DNA of 64,000 bases from an uncultured delta proteobacterium (GCA_963812015.1 CAWETI010000003.1:704001-768000); one strand, 5' to 3'; positions 21,029 to 32,463 are shown, numbered from the stretch's first letter. Numbers and translations are program-made. The notes: a model not told the origin generated them from the sequence alone.

Positions 21029-21343
21029 ATGTCATCGAGAGCTATCAATGTAGTGAAGCAGATAGTAATGCTTCTCTGCACATTTATCCTGTTGACCGAT
21101 TTAGCCGATGATGGGTGCCTCGGCAAGGCCGCTCCGCTAGTTTTTTATAGTCCAGGGACAGTTACCCTCACCTCTTCACCGGATAACTCGGGTAACGTTG
21201 AGCCCCAAGTTTGGCTCCCGCCAACAGAATTGCTGGGTATCCCCCGCCGATTACAAAACCGGCCAGCATTGGGTAAGGTTGATCATGTTCTTAGAATAAT
21301 CACTCCCTACCTTTTCAGCAGTTCCGGTGGTATCCCCTTATAA
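21029..21343 (+). CDS. hypothetical protein with N-terminal hydrophobic segment
   Basis: 104-aa ORF with a TTGACA..-like promoter just upstream; no recognised family. Confidence 0.45.
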   Translation: MSSRAINVVKQIVMLLCTFILLTDLADDGCLGKAAPLVFYSPGTVTLTSSPDNSGNVEPQVWLPPTELLGIPRRLQNRPALGKVDHVLRIITPYLFSSSGGIPL

Positions 21344-21613
21344 ATATCCCTCCACTCGCCTTTCGTCTTTCAGATCAATAACCAATAAAAGCCATATATA
21401 TCAGTAAGTTATACATCATCAAGGGCACGGCATTTCCGCATTGGGGGCAGCGACTTCAGTCCCAGAACAATATCCATATTCGAACGGCCAATATGGATAT
21501 TCCTGAATCACGGACCATGCTTCATAAAGGAGAAATGATAAGGCAACCACGCCAAACGCACCGTGGCCCCCGATGCAGTTTTTGGGCCGCAATGTTTATA
21601 TAAGGAGTACCCA

Positions 21614-22219
21614 ATGGCTCATTTGCTCTTAAGAATCCTGGTGCTCGGGTTAATCTCGAACCTCGTGGTGGGGGTTGGGGGGGCCTGGGCGGGTCCTCCC
21701 ACTGAAAATGTCAAGAAGTTCATTGAAAGGGCCCTGGATGTTCTCCAAAACCCCGCCTACCAGGGTGAAGAACGGCGCCAGATGGTCAAGCGCATCGTAG
21801 ACCCATATTTTGATTACCGAGAAATGGCCAAGCGCTCCTTGGGAGCCACCTGGGGCAAAATTAGCGCCGGCCAGCGAGATGATTTCGTGCATCTGTTCGC
21901 GCAACTGTTAGAAGCTTCCTATTCCGACAAGATTGAGAAGTATGCCCAGCGTGTGAAGATTGACTACACCGGCGAGATTCTGGACGGCGAATACGCCGAA
22001 GTGCGCACAGTGGTAGTGAAAGCCAATGACCGGATCCCCTTAAACTATCGCCTCCTAAATGAAGCCGGGGGTTGGAAGGTCTACGACGTGGTTATCGAGG
22101 GTGTCAGCTTGGTGAGCAACTACCAGTCCCAGTTCCATCGCATTATCCATGAATCGTCTTACATCGACCTAGTGCAACGCCTCAAGAGCAAGGTGTCCGA
22201 ATTACAGCGGAGCGGATGA
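21614..22219 (+). CDS. MlaC/Ttg2D (HpnM-like) periplasmic lipid-binding protein
   Basis: Signal peptide, FDYREMAKRSLG..W, WKVYDVVIEGVSLVSNYQSQF; AAGGAG RBS. Confidence 0.9.
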   Translation: MAHLLLRILVLGLISNLVVGVGGAWAGPPTENVKKFIERALDVLQNPAYQGEERRQMVKRIVDPYFDYREMAKRSLGATWGKISAGQRDDFVHLFAQLLEASYSDKIEKYAQRVKIDYTGEILDGEYAEVRTVVVKANDRIPLNYRLLNEAGGWKVYDVVIEGVSLVSNYQSQFHRIIHESSYIDLVQRLKSKVSELQRSG

Positions 22220-22474
22220 AAACTCCTCTTCCTGGGAGCTGCGGGAACGAGCCTTAAGCCTGCCCGTTTCCCGATAGGTCCGGCCCTGGGACCCAAACTG
22301 ACCTGGCCCCCCAAAACTGGTCCACATTTTATATTAGATGATGGCGCATTGGAGGGATGCAGGTGCACGACCAGGAAACGTTATCCATTGGAGCAGATAA
22401 ATGGAGTGGTGTCGCAGAAAATATCCCGAACATCTCCAACAACCCGGTTCGAAATTAGATGAAGGAGTGCGGTT

Positions 22475-23743
22475 ATGAGTATTTTGAAACTCGTCAATAA
22501 GCCTAAACAGTTCGAGGACTTCATTTCAAAAAATGGGACGGCTGACATCTTCCAAAAAGTGTATGAATTGGAAGCTGTCCTACAGGAGAGTACCCCTAAA
22601 TATATGGATGGGCTGGGACTTCAGATTCTTTCCCCCGCGGGGCCTCGGGTAAGAATCAAGGAAAAAGACAACCATGACCATGAAGTAATTATGTTGGCGT
22701 CGAATTCCTACCTGTCGTTGACCACGCATCCGAGAGTAATTGCCGCTTGCAAAGCGGCGTGTGACGCATACGGGTTTGGAATGGGTGCTTCTCCCCTGCT
22801 TGCAGGGACAAGCGTCCTGCACCGGCAATTGGAAAAACTCATAACAGAGTTCTATGAAGCCGAAGATGCCATGATCTTTCCCTGCGGGTACTCGGGCAAT
22901 GTCGGCATTATATCAGCTCTATGTGGATCAGGTGATGTGGTCCTGACCGATGCAGCCAATCACGCCTCGATTTTTGATGGGTGTAAGTTGTCAGGGGCTG
23001 AAATCAAGGTGTTTCTTCACCGCAATATAGATCATCTGGAGAAAACTCTTAAGAATCTACCCGAATCCCAGAAAGGCCGTCTTATTGTCACATGTGGAGT
23101 CTTTTCCATGAATGGCGATGTGGCTCCGCTTGATCAGATTGTTGAGTTGGCGCAGCGCTACAATGCACGAGTCATGATAGATGAGGCTCATGCCGTGGGA
23201 GTCGTCGGCCCGACGGGAAGAGGCACACCGGAGAAGTTCAATTGCATGAACCGGGTGGACATCATTTTTGGCACACTGAGCAAAGCACCTGGGGCCATCG
23301 GCGGCTATTGTGCGGGTACCGCATCCCTGATTCGCTATCTTCGATATTATGCACGCCCCTATTTCTTCTCCACCAGTGGTCCCGCTCCTATCATGGCGGG
23401 CCTGATTGAAGTATTTAAACTCATGAAGGAAGATGCCGCCGGCCGGGATAGATTATGGGACAATATTCGCTATATGCTGGCGGGCCTGAAAAGGCTTGGA
23501 TTCGATACCGGCGACACGGAATCCGCCATCATACCGATTATGATCGGGGACGAAGGCAAGCTCGCAAATCTTCACAATGACCTTCGTCACCAAGGTGTTT
23601 TTACTAACCTCGTCACGTATCCTGCCGTTAGACGCAAAGAATGCAGGTTACGGGTGAGTATTATGAACTCGCTGACCAGTGAAGAAATGGACAGGGCGCT
23701 GGGTATATTTGCAGAACTGGGGCGGGAATATGGTGTTATTTGA
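22475..23743 (+). CDS. PLP-dependent alpha-oxoamine synthase (serine palmitoyltransferase/BioF-like)
   Basis: SNSYLSL, NHASIFDG, GVFSMNGD, DEAHA, GTLSKA. Confidence 0.88.
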   Translation: MSILKLVNKPKQFEDFISKNGTADIFQKVYELEAVLQESTPKYMDGLGLQILSPAGPRVRIKEKDNHDHEVIMLASNSYLSLTTHPRVIAACKAACDAYGFGMGASPLLAGTSVLHRQLEKLITEFYEAEDAMIFPCGYSGNVGIISALCGSGDVVLTDAANHASIFDGCKLSGAEIKVFLHRNIDHLEKTLKNLPESQKGRLIVTCGVFSMNGDVAPLDQIVELAQRYNARVMIDEAHAVGVVGPTGRGTPEKFNCMNRVDIIFGTLSKAPGAIGGYCAGTASLIRYLRYYARPYFFSTSGPAPIMAGLIEVFKLMKEDAAGRDRLWDNIRYMLAGLKRLGFDTGDTESAIIPIMIGDEGKLANLHNDLRHQGVFTNLVTYPAVRRKECRLRVSIMNSLTSEEMDRALGIFAELGREYGVI

Positions 23744-23893
23744 TGAAATATCCCTTCATGACAGGATTGGTAGGATTCATAGGATTATACAGGTTCATTA
23801 CTATTAAAATAGTCAACATCAAAATGTCTACTAATAAAGGTTGCAAGATACAAGAGCATGTGGGCTTAATTCGATCAGGGGAGTTTTGAGGCC

Positions 23894-25474
23894 ATGCGCT
23901 CTTTGCTGGTATTTCCCGAATTTCCCCTTTCCTTCTGGAGTTTCCGAAAATCTTGCCGAATCATGGGAAAAGAGGCGGTTCAACCACCATTGGGTCTGCT
24001 GACGGTGGCCGCCTTACTGCCCTCAGAATGGGAACTGCGTCTGGCCGATCTCAATACCAGAAGCCTGACGGAGGAGGATTGGCAGTGGGCCGATCTGATC
24101 TTGATATCGGCGATGTACATTCAGAGGGAGGGCTTGTTGGCCCTGGTGAAAGAAGCCAAGCACCGTGGAAAAATCGTCGTAGTGGGAGGACCCTATCCCA
24201 CTTCACTTCCTGAGGCAGCCCTGGAGGCGGGATGTGATTTTGTGGTACGAGGCGAGGGCGAGAATACGATTCCCCTGCTCCTGGAGGCGATGCGAGGCGG
24301 CCAGACCGGGGTGATCGAAAACCACGAGAAGCCGGATATTACAACTTCGCCAATCCCGCGCCTTGATCTGCTGGGGCTGGCGGATTACCAGGAACTGACA
24401 ATTCAGACTTCCCGTGGATGCCCTTTTGATTGCGAATTTTGCGATGTGGTGAACCTCTTGGGAAGAAAACCCCGTTACAAGACCCCGCAGCAGGTCTTAG
24501 CCGAACTGGAGACCCTCTACCGCCTCGGGGCCGAAGGCATGGTGTTCATCTGCGACGATAACTTCATCGGGAGCAAGAAGCACGCCCGGGCCCTCCTGCA
24601 AGAACTCACCCCCTGGTCGAAGAATCGGGGCGAGCCCTTCGTCTTCAATACGCAGGCCTCGGTTAACCTGGGGCAAGATCCGGAAATGATCGACCTCATG
24701 ACCAAGGCCAACCTGAAGGAAGTCTTTATCGGGATCGAGTCTCCGGATGAGAAGGTGCTTGAAACCAGCCGCAAATATCACAACATCCAGAATCCGCTCC
24801 TGGAATCTCTCAACAATATCAAGCAGCAAGGTATAATGGTTATAGGCAGTTTCATTATCGGCCTTGACGGGGAAACGAAAGGGGCCGGCCAGAGAATCTG
24901 CTCATTCATGGAACAGACTGCCATACCGATGGCTATGCTTGGTGTCCTTCAGGCCCCGCCGCATACCAGCCTGTGGAATCGACTGGAGAGAGAAGGGAGG
25001 CTGCGCCGGGATGTCGGAAACGACGGGGGAACCTTCTCAGCGATAAACTACGAACCTGATCGACCGGAAGCTGAGATCATGCAGGAATACGCCGATGCCT
25101 GGGATTATCTGTATGAACCATCCCGTTATTTGGCGAGGGCCTACCGCTATTATCTGGCTATGCGACCGGCTTGCCGGGATAAAGCGATGGCAGCAGAGGG
25201 ACCCCTGCGCCGGGAAAACGTCCCCGACCGGGGTATGATTTGGCGTCGGTCGATCCGGGCTATTATCACAATTTTCTGGCAGCAAGGGGTCCGTGCGTCG
25301 TACCGGCGTCAATTCTGGACCCAGTTGATCGGGATGGGGTGGCAAAACCCGAGCAGATTAGAGCAATATCTCACGGCCTGCGTCATGGGAGAGGATCTTT
25401 CCTATATGCGGCAGGTTGTGCGGGAAAAGGTCACGGCTATCATCAAGGAGCTGGGAATAGGGGTTCCCGCTTGA
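23894..25474 (+). CDS. B12-binding class B radical SAM protein (HpnP/DUF4070-like)
   Basis: PPLGLLTVAALLP, GGPYPT, SRGCPFDCEFC, DDNFIG, GIES. Confidence 0.88.
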   Translation: MRSLLVFPEFPLSFWSFRKSCRIMGKEAVQPPLGLLTVAALLPSEWELRLADLNTRSLTEEDWQWADLILISAMYIQREGLLALVKEAKHRGKIVVVGGPYPTSLPEAALEAGCDFVVRGEGENTIPLLLEAMRGGQTGVIENHEKPDITTSPIPRLDLLGLADYQELTIQTSRGCPFDCEFCDVVNLLGRKPRYKTPQQVLAELETLYRLGAEGMVFICDDNFIGSKKHARALLQELTPWSKNRGEPFVFNTQASVNLGQDPEMIDLMTKANLKEVFIGIESPDEKVLETSRKYHNIQNPLLESLNNIKQQGIMVIGSFIIGLDGETKGAGQRICSFMEQTAIPMAMLGVLQAPPHTSLWNRLEREGRLRRDVGNDGGTFSAINYEPDRPEAEIMQEYADAWDYLYEPSRYLARAYRYYLAMRPACRDKAMAAEGPLRRENVPDRGMIWRRSIRAIITIFWQQGVRASYRRQFWTQLIGMGWQNPSRLEQYLTACVMGEDLSYMRQVVREKVTAIIKELGIGVPA

Positions 25475-25571
25475 ACATGCTATCTACTGTTAAGACTGGA
25501 AACCGCGTAAAGACAGACCGGCAGGACGGCTGCAAGCTGATCCCGACGTCTGCAGACTTTCCCGCGATTCA

Positions 25572-25890
25572 TCAAAAGGCAGCGCTGAACATCAATTGCC
25601 TGCCTGACGGAGTGGCTTTTGCGCCGAACTCCTCGTAATAACTCAAAGTAAAATAGCCATACTTGGTCAGGGCACTGATCCCCGGTCCAGCCGCATAGAT
25701 CTGCGACCTGCTATTTTCCACCCGATTCATCACTGAATTCTCGACTCCGTTTGCCGGCGTGAAATGTATCTGGTTGTTGGTTACCTGCCACTGCGCATAG
25801 CCTACGGCGCCAATGGTGATCTGCTTTAGAATGTCATTGTTAAAATTAAAGGTCTTTCCCGCACCCCACTCGAAAGGAACCACATCACCA
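25572..25890 (-). pseudogene. 3' fragment of a SphA/MetA-pathway outer-membrane transporter
   Basis: EWGAGK, GAVGYAQWQVT, AAGP and terminal Phe; 5' part absent. Confidence 0.6.
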
Positions 25891-26060
25891 AGTCGTTCAA
25901 ATTTGAGGCTTGAGAGGGCACTTTACCAAGGGAATTTCAACTCTGGCGACGCCGGTAGAGGCATGTAATTTTCCGCCTTAAAGACGAACATGTTGCAGTT
26001 GAGCGATATGGCGGGACTCCTATGAAGCCCCCTTTGTTTCGAACCCTCGTCCTGTTCCTG

Positions 26061-26203
26061 AGCATGGCCTGCATCTAATGCCTTAAAGCGGGCCAGCCTT
26101 AAGTCCGGAACCCTGACCGTATCCCTTGTTGCGATATGGCGATCATATCTTCATCTCTCTGGAATTTTTGAGAAGCTTTGCTAGTGGCAAGTTATGTGGC
26201 ACC
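26061..26203 (+). repeat. cassette-boundary repeat R2 (intron-free twin of R3)
   Basis: Near-identical to 35951-36024 joined to 37873-37936; central CGATATGGCGATCATATCT at 26132-26150. Confidence 0.92.
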
Positions 26204-26372
26204 CAGCCAATCTGCTTTAGTTTGTCAAGAGGAGTGGTTAGTTGAAAAGCTCCTCCGATGCTGGGGTATCCCTTTCCCTGACTGCCCTATGAACTATAAA
26301 GATCAAATGGAAAAAAACCACTGCCCCCGGACAGCACGAATGTTACCTTTGATGTTAGCGACCATCTTAGAA

Positions 26373-26942
26373 TTAATCCTCGCTATAATATGCTTTGCGC
26401 TTGCGCCAGAGGGTGGAGGGATCGATACCCAAAATATGGGCGGCCTCGTCAAGGGTTGAAGTGCGGGCCATGGTCCGAAGAATATGCTCCCGCTCGATCT
26501 GCTCCAAGGAATAATCCCCGCCCAGCGCCGGCACATCCGACAGGCGCGCCGCCAGGCTGTTGAGGAAGTCCCGGATTTGCTCCAGGGTGAACGGTTTGGG
26601 CAGATAATCCATCGCTCCTCGTTTGATGGCCTCTACCGCAGTCTCTATGGTGGCATAGGCGGTAATTATCACTATGTGGAGATGAGGGCTGATGGACAGG
26701 AGCTTGGGAATCAGGTCCAGGCCGCTCATTTCCTTCAGGCGCAGGTCCAGGAAGGCCAGATCAAAGGGCTGGTGCTCCAGGACAGCCAAGGCCTCGGAGG
26801 CCGAGGCTATTGCCGTGACCCGGCAGCCCATGGTCTCGAGGCAGGCTGATAAGGTAATTCGGAGGTTCTTCTCGTCATCAATTATCAGGACCCTAAAGGG
26901 ACCAACCTTGGATAGTTCAAGGGAAGCCACGCTATTCATATC
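26373..26942 (-). CDS. response regulator: receiver plus Fis-type HTH, no AAA+ domain
   Basis: LIIDDE, FLDLRL, ITAY, DYLPKPF, then SLEQIEREHI..AAHILGIDPSTLWRK. Confidence 0.85.
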   Translation of the reverse strand, partial: DMNSVASLELSKVGPFRVLIIDDEKNLRITLSACLETMGCRVTAIASASEALAVLEHQPFDLAFLDLRLKEMSGLDLIPKLLSISPHLHIVIITAYATIETAVEAIKRGAMDYLPKPFTLEQIRDFLNSLAARLSDVPALGGDYSLEQIEREHILRTMARTSTLDEAAHILGIDPSTLWRKRKAYYSED

Positions 26943-27092
26943 CCAACCCCTCCAGTCTTCCTGCACCGGGGCGCTCAATTCCGGCGCAGGAAGCTAAGGG
27001 CTTTTCAACTCCCATGGGATTCGTTGGAAAGCAAATACGGGTTAAGGCCATGGCACTTGACCCTGGATCAACCCTCTCATCCCGCCATAGGT

Positions 27093-28112
27093 TTAGGACG
27101 ATGGGGCTCCATAGTGCTTACGCAGTTCGAGATTCATTTCCAGCACGTTCACAAATTTCTCGCCCGCCAGCCCTCCCCAGGGCGCCGAGGCGTTTTTCTG
27201 TAAGATCCGTTTGATCTCCTGCCGTACTTCTTCCGGCTGGCGCTTTAAATTACCAGCCCATTTGGAGGCCACCCGCTCGAGCTGAAACTCGGCGTTCTGC
27301 AGCGTGATATGCGGATCGAGCCCGGAACCGGAAGCGGTGACCAAGTCGCCGGGGACGTCCGGGAAATTGACATTAGGATGCTCCTCTCGCCACATCAAGA
27401 AGAAAATCGACTGAATGTCCGAGCCCTCATTGACCGGTTCGATCACCTTTTCCTCCTTGCCGTCGGCCCCTTTGTGGGTGACGGCTGAGGGGAATTTCCC
27501 GGGGTGTGCCTCGGAGAAGTTTTTGAAGAACACCATGGCCAGGTCTTCGCGCTTGGGCTTCGGAGTGCCGGGGTTGTCCTTGATAAACTGAGCCACCATC
27601 TCGGGATGCGTCTTGGCCCAATTTTCCACGTAGGCGCCGTTGGCCGGGTCCGCCTTGACCCAGGCCTGGGCCAGGGAGTTGTGTTGGTCCGCCCATTGGG
27701 CCACCAGGTGCGGGTTGCCCTGGTACTTATCCTGCTGGAACCATTTTTCCACATCCGGCGCCACCGGCTGTCCGGCCTTGGGGCCGCCGCGATAGGTCAC
27801 AATGGGACCCAGGCTACGGGCCACCCGGTCACGCAGCGCATAGTTGGAGGCCGCCAGGCTCGATGAAGCCGAGGCCGAGGCGTCGTAGGACGCAGCCGAG
27901 GGGCGGGGCTGAAAATATTCGTCCTTGGTAAACGGCTGGGCAATGAGCCTCGAGCCCACCGGTTTGCCGTCGGGACCTGCCACTATGCTGCCGTTGGCCT
28001 GGAAGGGAAAGAACGCCTGTCCCACCGCCAATAATGCCAACGGGTAAAAGACGCAGATAATAAGCACCGAGACCGACAATAACAAGATGCTCTTGGAAAG
28101 GTATCGCCACAT
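27093..28112 (-). CDS. kdpC: K+-transporting ATPase subunit C (long variant, 339 aa)
   Basis: QANGS, GSRLIAQPF..YFQPRPSA, DLVTASGSGLDPHI, VNVLEMNLEL. Confidence 0.92.
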   Translation of the reverse strand: MWRYLSKSILLLSVSVLIICVFYPLALLAVGQAFFPFQANGSIVAGPDGKPVGSRLIAQPFTKDEYFQPRPSAASYDASASASSSLAASNYALRDRVARSLGPIVTYRGGPKAGQPVAPDVEKWFQQDKYQGNPHLVAQWADQHNSLAQAWVKADPANGAYVENWAKTHPEMVAQFIKDNPGTPKPKREDLAMVFFKNFSEAHPGKFPSAVTHKGADGKEEKVIEPVNEGSDIQSIFFLMWREEHPNVNFPDVPGDLVTASGSGLDPHITLQNAEFQLERVASKWAGNLKRQPEEVRQEIKRILQKNASAPWGGLAGEKFVNVLEMNLELRKHYGAPSS

Positions 28113-28140
28113 GATAATGTCTCCTTGATTCACTCAAACG

Positions 28141-30303
28141 TCAGCTGACTAAATGCATGCCAACCAAGACGAGGTCGATCAATTTGATGCCGATGAAGGG
28201 TATGACCACGCCGCCCAATCCCCAGATCAACAAATTCCTCCGCAACAGGGCATCAGCACCCATTGGCCGGTAGCGGACTCCCTTGAGCGCCACCGGGATG
28301 AGCAGCGGGATAATGATCGCGTTGAAGATCACCGCCGACAGAATCGCCGAGGTCGGTGAATGGAGATGCATGATGTCGATCACCTTCAGCCACGGTAAAG
28401 TGCCAGCAAATAGGGCCGGAATAATCGCGAAGTATTTTGCCACGTCATTGGCGATGGAAAAGGTCGTCAGGGAGCCGCGGGTCACCAAAAGCTGCTTGCC
28501 GATTTCCACGACTTCGATCAGCTTGGTGGGGTCACTGTCCAAATCCACCATGTTGGCCGCTTCTTTAGCCGCCTGGGTGCCGGCGTTCATGGCTAAACCC
28601 ACGTCTGCCTGGGCCAGAGCCGGGGCGTCATTGGTGCCGTCCCCCATCATGGCCACCAATTTCCCTTCGGCCTGCGCTTGCCGAATGTAGGCAAGCTTGG
28701 TTTCCGGCGTGGCCTGGGCGAGAAAGTCATCGACTCCCGCCTGTTCGGCAATGGCGGCGGCCGTTAGCGGATTATCGCCGGTGATCATGACGGTGCGCAG
28801 CCCCATCTTTCTCAGCCGCTCAAACCGCTGCGCCATGTGAGGTTTCAAAATATCCTCAAGCACCACCAAGCCCGCGATCTGGGCGTCATCAGCGACGAGT
28901 AGAGGGGTCGCGCCTTGGGAGGCGACGGGATCGATTAAGGCGCTGAGCTCACCCGGCATGCTGCCATGGTTTTCTGCGACGAATTTGACAATGGCGTCCG
29001 GGGCTCCTTTCCGGATGCGCTTGCCTTCGGGAAGATCGATGCCGCTCATGCGCGTTTGGGCGCTAAACGGCACAAACTTTGCTTCCGGCGGCACGCTGAC
29101 CGGGGTGTTGCTTTGCTCCTCGAACAACTTCACGATACTCTTGCCCTCGGGCGTAGGATCTGCCTCGGACGCCATCGCAGCCAGCCGCCCCACGTCGGCA
29201 GCCGTATATTTGCCGATGGGCAAAAACTTGGTCGCTTGTCGGTTCCCTATGGTGATCGTGCCCGTCTTGTCCAGCATCACCACGTCGATGTCACCCGCCA
29301 ACTCCACCGCCTTGCCGCTCTTGGAGATTATGTTGGCCTGGAGGGCGCGATCCATGCCGGCGATGCCGATGGCGGCAAGCAAAGCGCCGATGGTGGTGGG
29401 AATCAGGCAGACCAGGAGCGCAATAAGGGTCGGCACATCGGTGCCGAGACTGCGCAAGGGTTCTTTGATGCCGAGATAGCCCATCATGTATTGCTCGGCG
29501 TTCCAGGCCATGGGCCACAGGGGAATCACCACGATCAAGAAGACCAGGGTAAAGGCGGAAAGCACCAGGGTCAGGGCGATCTCATTGGGAGACCTCTGCC
29601 GGATGGCGCCCTCCACCAGGGCGATCATCTTGTCCAGGAACGAGTCACCGGCACCATGGGTGATCTCAACGACAATCCGGTCGGATAGTACCACAGTTCC
29701 CCCGGTCACCCCGGAGCGGTCGCCGCCCGCATCGCGAATGACCGGGGCCGATTCGCCTGTGATTGCCGATTCGTCCACGGAGGCGATCCCTTCGGTGATC
29801 TCGCCGTCGCCAGGAATCGTTTGTCCCGCCTCTACAACCACCTGGTCCCCTGGTTTCAAAGCCGATGAGGAGACCTCTTCGATGACCCCCGCCGCTTTCA
29901 AGCGATAGGCCACGGTGTCGTGACGGGCCCGCCGGAGCGAATCAGCCTGAGCCTTACCCCGGGCCTCGGCCAGGGCCGTGGCGAAGTTGGCGAACAGCAC
30001 GGTCAAGAAGAGCCAGGCGTCTACCCAGATAAAATAGCTGATGGGCACTTCACTGGTTGCGCCACCCCAGGCCGCTTGGATAACGTACAACAGGGTCAGG
30101 AAGGCGCCGACCTCGACCACGAACATCACCGGATTTTTCCACTGGGTATCCGGGCGCAGCATGACGAACGCCTGCTTCAACGCCGCCATCGCGGTTCCCG
30201 CCTCCAGCAGTCGTTGCGGTTTCACCCGGCGTGGCGCCTGCGCCAGCTCCGAATGCAAATGGGGCTCCCGCGTAGGTTCCGTTATATTGGGTACTTTATT
30301 CAT
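28141..30303 (-). CDS. kdpB: K+-transporting ATPase subunit B
   Basis: [35 protein letters not shown]. Confidence 0.97.
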   Translation of the reverse strand: MNKVPNITEPTREPHLHSELAQAPRRVKPQRLLEAGTAMAALKQAFVMLRPDTQWKNPVMFVVEVGAFLTLLYVIQAAWGGATSEVPISYFIWVDAWLFLTVLFANFATALAEARGKAQADSLRRARHDTVAYRLKAAGVIEEVSSSALKPGDQVVVEAGQTIPGDGEITEGIASVDESAITGESAPVIRDAGGDRSGVTGGTVVLSDRIVVEITHGAGDSFLDKMIALVEGAIRQRSPNEIALTLVLSAFTLVFLIVVIPLWPMAWNAEQYMMGYLGIKEPLRSLGTDVPTLIALLVCLIPTTIGALLAAIGIAGMDRALQANIISKSGKAVELAGDIDVVMLDKTGTITIGNRQATKFLPIGKYTAADVGRLAAMASEADPTPEGKSIVKLFEEQSNTPVSVPPEAKFVPFSAQTRMSGIDLPEGKRIRKGAPDAIVKFVAENHGSMPGELSALIDPVASQGATPLLVADDAQIAGLVVLEDILKPHMAQRFERLRKMGLRTVMITGDNPLTAAAIAEQAGVDDFLAQATPETKLAYIRQAQAEGKLVAMMGDGTNDAPALAQADVGLAMNAGTQAAKEAANMVDLDSDPTKLIEVVEIGKQLLVTRGSLTTFSIANDVAKYFAIIPALFAGTLPWLKVIDIMHLHSPTSAILSAVIFNAIIIPLLIPVALKGVRYRPMGADALLRRNLLIWGLGGVVIPFIGIKLIDLVLVGMHLVS

Positions 30304-30391
30304 GTCGCACTCCTTTGTGCACTTTACTCATCTCGCAATGCTTCGTTAGGACCACAAGTAGTTGCCACAGGTGATGGTCCAGGGTTTCCGG

Positions 30392-32221
30392 TCAGCCACC
30401 GAACGGGAAAGGCCCGAAGTGCTCCGCCACCGGTCCGAGTACGGCCACCGGCAGGAAGAGCAGGGCCCCGATGATAACTATCGTCCCGAACAAGAGGACG
30501 CCAAAGGTGAGGGTGTCCGTACGGAGAGTCCCCAGGCCAAACGGGCTCGATTTCTTCTCCCCCAGATAAGCCGCCATGGCGATGGGCGCTACAATCGGCA
30601 GATAGCGGCTGAAGACCATCACCAGGCCCGCCGCGATGTTCCAGGGGATGGCGGTGGGCGAGATGCTCGGGTTGCTTAACAACCCGTAGGTAACCCCCAA
30701 GCCGTCGAAGGCCGAGCCGTTATTGGCAGAGGCCGAGGAGAAATTGTACAACATTTGGGAAAAACCATGCGCCCCCGGATTGCTGGCGGCCAGGAGTCCC
30801 CAGCTCGTCGCCGCGAAGAGCCCGGTGGGGATGAGAATCATGAAGGGATGCACCAGCAGGGCGATCACCGCCAGCTTCACCTCCCGGGCCCCGATCTTCT
30901 TGCCCAGATACTCGGGGGTCCGTCCCACCATCATGCCGGCCACGAAGATGCCGACGATGATATACAGCAGCATGTTGATCATGCCCACGCCCTTGCCCCC
31001 GAAGATGCAGTTCACCCACATGCCCCACATGGGCGCTAGGGCGGCAAGCGGGTTGAGGCTGTCCTCTTCAGCGTTGACCGCTCCACAGGTCACGTCTGTC
31101 GTCACGGAGTCGAAGGTGGCCCCAGCCGAAGTCCCGAAGCGTAATTCCTTGCCCTCGAGATTGCCCAGGTGCTGGTCCACCGGCAGGCCCGGGACCGCCG
31201 GCAGATTAACTGCCCGTTTGCCACCCGGCGCCGTGGCGCTGGGAACTTCAAAGGTTTGGGCCTGGGGATGCGCGGTCAATCCCGGGTTCGGTTGCAGCGT
31301 GTCATAATAAACCGCCCAGACGATGGTGCCGGCCATCAACGTCAGCATCACCGAAAAAATGACGTAAGCATGGCGCATCCGACCGAGCATCCGGCCGTAC
31401 ATCAGCACGAGGGCAAACGGGAAGACCATCATGGCCAGGGTGTTGAAGAAGTTTGTCAAGCCGGTGGGATTTTCAAAGGGGTGCGCCGAGTTCATCCCGA
31501 AATATCCGCCGCCATTGGTCCCCAGCATCTTGATGGACTCAAAGGCCGCCACCGGTCCCACGTTGATAGTCTGCGGCTTCGCCTCGCCTTTATCCGTGGT
31601 TCCCATAGCCGCAGGTTCGAGGGTCGAGACCTGGGTCGAGGCTTGTAAGGTCATGGGGCTGCCTTGCACCAGAAACACGAGGCTGACGACAAAGGCGATG
31701 GGCACGAACATGTAAACCAACACCCGCCACATGTCCAGGAAATAGTTGCCCACCGTGGAATCGCTGCGCAAAGCCCGGATGACCGCGCAGAGGGCGCTTA
31801 AGCCGACGGCCGCCGACAAGAAAAGATTGGCGATGGCAAAGAAGATCTGGCTAAAGATCGATAAAGTCTGCTCGCCGGAATAGTGCTGGAGGTCCGTGTT
31901 CGTCATGAACGAGGTCACGGCTTGAAAGATGGTGCTGGGGAAAATCATCCCCTTGCCATCCGGATTGAGGGGCGTCCATGGCTGGAGCGTCAGCACCAGA
32001 TAGCCGAAGACGAACAGCACGATGTTGAAAATGAGCAGAGAGGCGGTATACTGCTTCCAGTTCTGGGGGCCGCTGTCCATGCGTTTTTCGAACCAGCCCA
32101 GAACCGGCAGGGGCCGGTATTTCCCCTCCATGATCCACGTCATATAGCGGCTTAAGGGGAAGGCGACGAGGGTCGCCGTGGCCATAAGCGCCAAAGGAAG
32201 TAACCAGGTTTGGATAAACAT
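30392..32221 (-). CDS. kdpA: K+-transporting ATPase subunit A
   Basis: SFMTNT, LGTNGGG, SAHPFENP, EGKELRFG, GRTPEYLGKK, SASANNGS. Confidence 0.97.
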   Translation of the reverse strand: MFIQTWLLPLALMATATLVAFPLSRYMTWIMEGKYRPLPVLGWFEKRMDSGPQNWKQYTASLLIFNIVLFVFGYLVLTLQPWTPLNPDGKGMIFPSTIFQAVTSFMTNTDLQHYSGEQTLSIFSQIFFAIANLFLSAAVGLSALCAVIRALRSDSTVGNYFLDMWRVLVYMFVPIAFVVSLVFLVQGSPMTLQASTQVSTLEPAAMGTTDKGEAKPQTINVGPVAAFESIKMLGTNGGGYFGMNSAHPFENPTGLTNFFNTLAMMVFPFALVLMYGRMLGRMRHAYVIFSVMLTLMAGTIVWAVYYDTLQPNPGLTAHPQAQTFEVPSATAPGGKRAVNLPAVPGLPVDQHLGNLEGKELRFGTSAGATFDSVTTDVTCGAVNAEEDSLNPLAALAPMWGMWVNCIFGGKGVGMINMLLYIIVGIFVAGMMVGRTPEYLGKKIGAREVKLAVIALLVHPFMILIPTGLFAATSWGLLAASNPGAHGFSQMLYNFSSASANNGSAFDGLGVTYGLLSNPSISPTAIPWNIAAGLVMVFSRYLPIVAPIAMAAYLGEKKSSPFGLGTLRTDTLTFGVLLFGTIVIIGALLFLPVAVLGPVAEHFGPFPFGG

Positions 32222-32264
32222 ATCTTAAGCTCCTTAGATATTGCAGGATTGCCGTTGCCCTAGC

Positions 32265-32354
32265 TCAGAACCATTCCGGCCGGACCAGGGCCACCACCAG
32301 GTAAACGAACAAGAAGGCCGCCACCGCGGCGGTCACATAGATCATCATTGCCAT
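32265..32354 (-). CDS. kdpF: KdpF membrane peptide (MAMMIYVTAAVAAFLFVYLVVALVRPEWF)
   Basis: Own translation; hallmark YL..AL.RPE.F C-terminus directly upstream of kdpA. Confidence 0.9.
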   Translation of the reverse strand: MAMMIYVTAAVAAFLFVYLVVALVRPEWF

Positions 32355-32367
32355 TACCTCATCGGGT

Positions 32368-32463
32368 TTAAATTTTCTCGCAAGCTTTGAGGAACAGGTA
32401 ACATAATCCCATCGCGACCAGGCCTAAGAGAAACATCGCGACCAGCCAGGCAAAAAGGTTCAT
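32368..32463 (-). CDS. 31-aa hydrophobic peptide upstream of kdpF (MNLFAWLVAMFLLGLVAMGLCYLFLKACEKI)
   Basis: Own translation; strong AAGGAGG RBS; single TM ending in CEKI. Confidence 0.7.
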   Translation of the reverse strand: MNLFAWLVAMFLLGLVAMGLCYLFLKACEKI

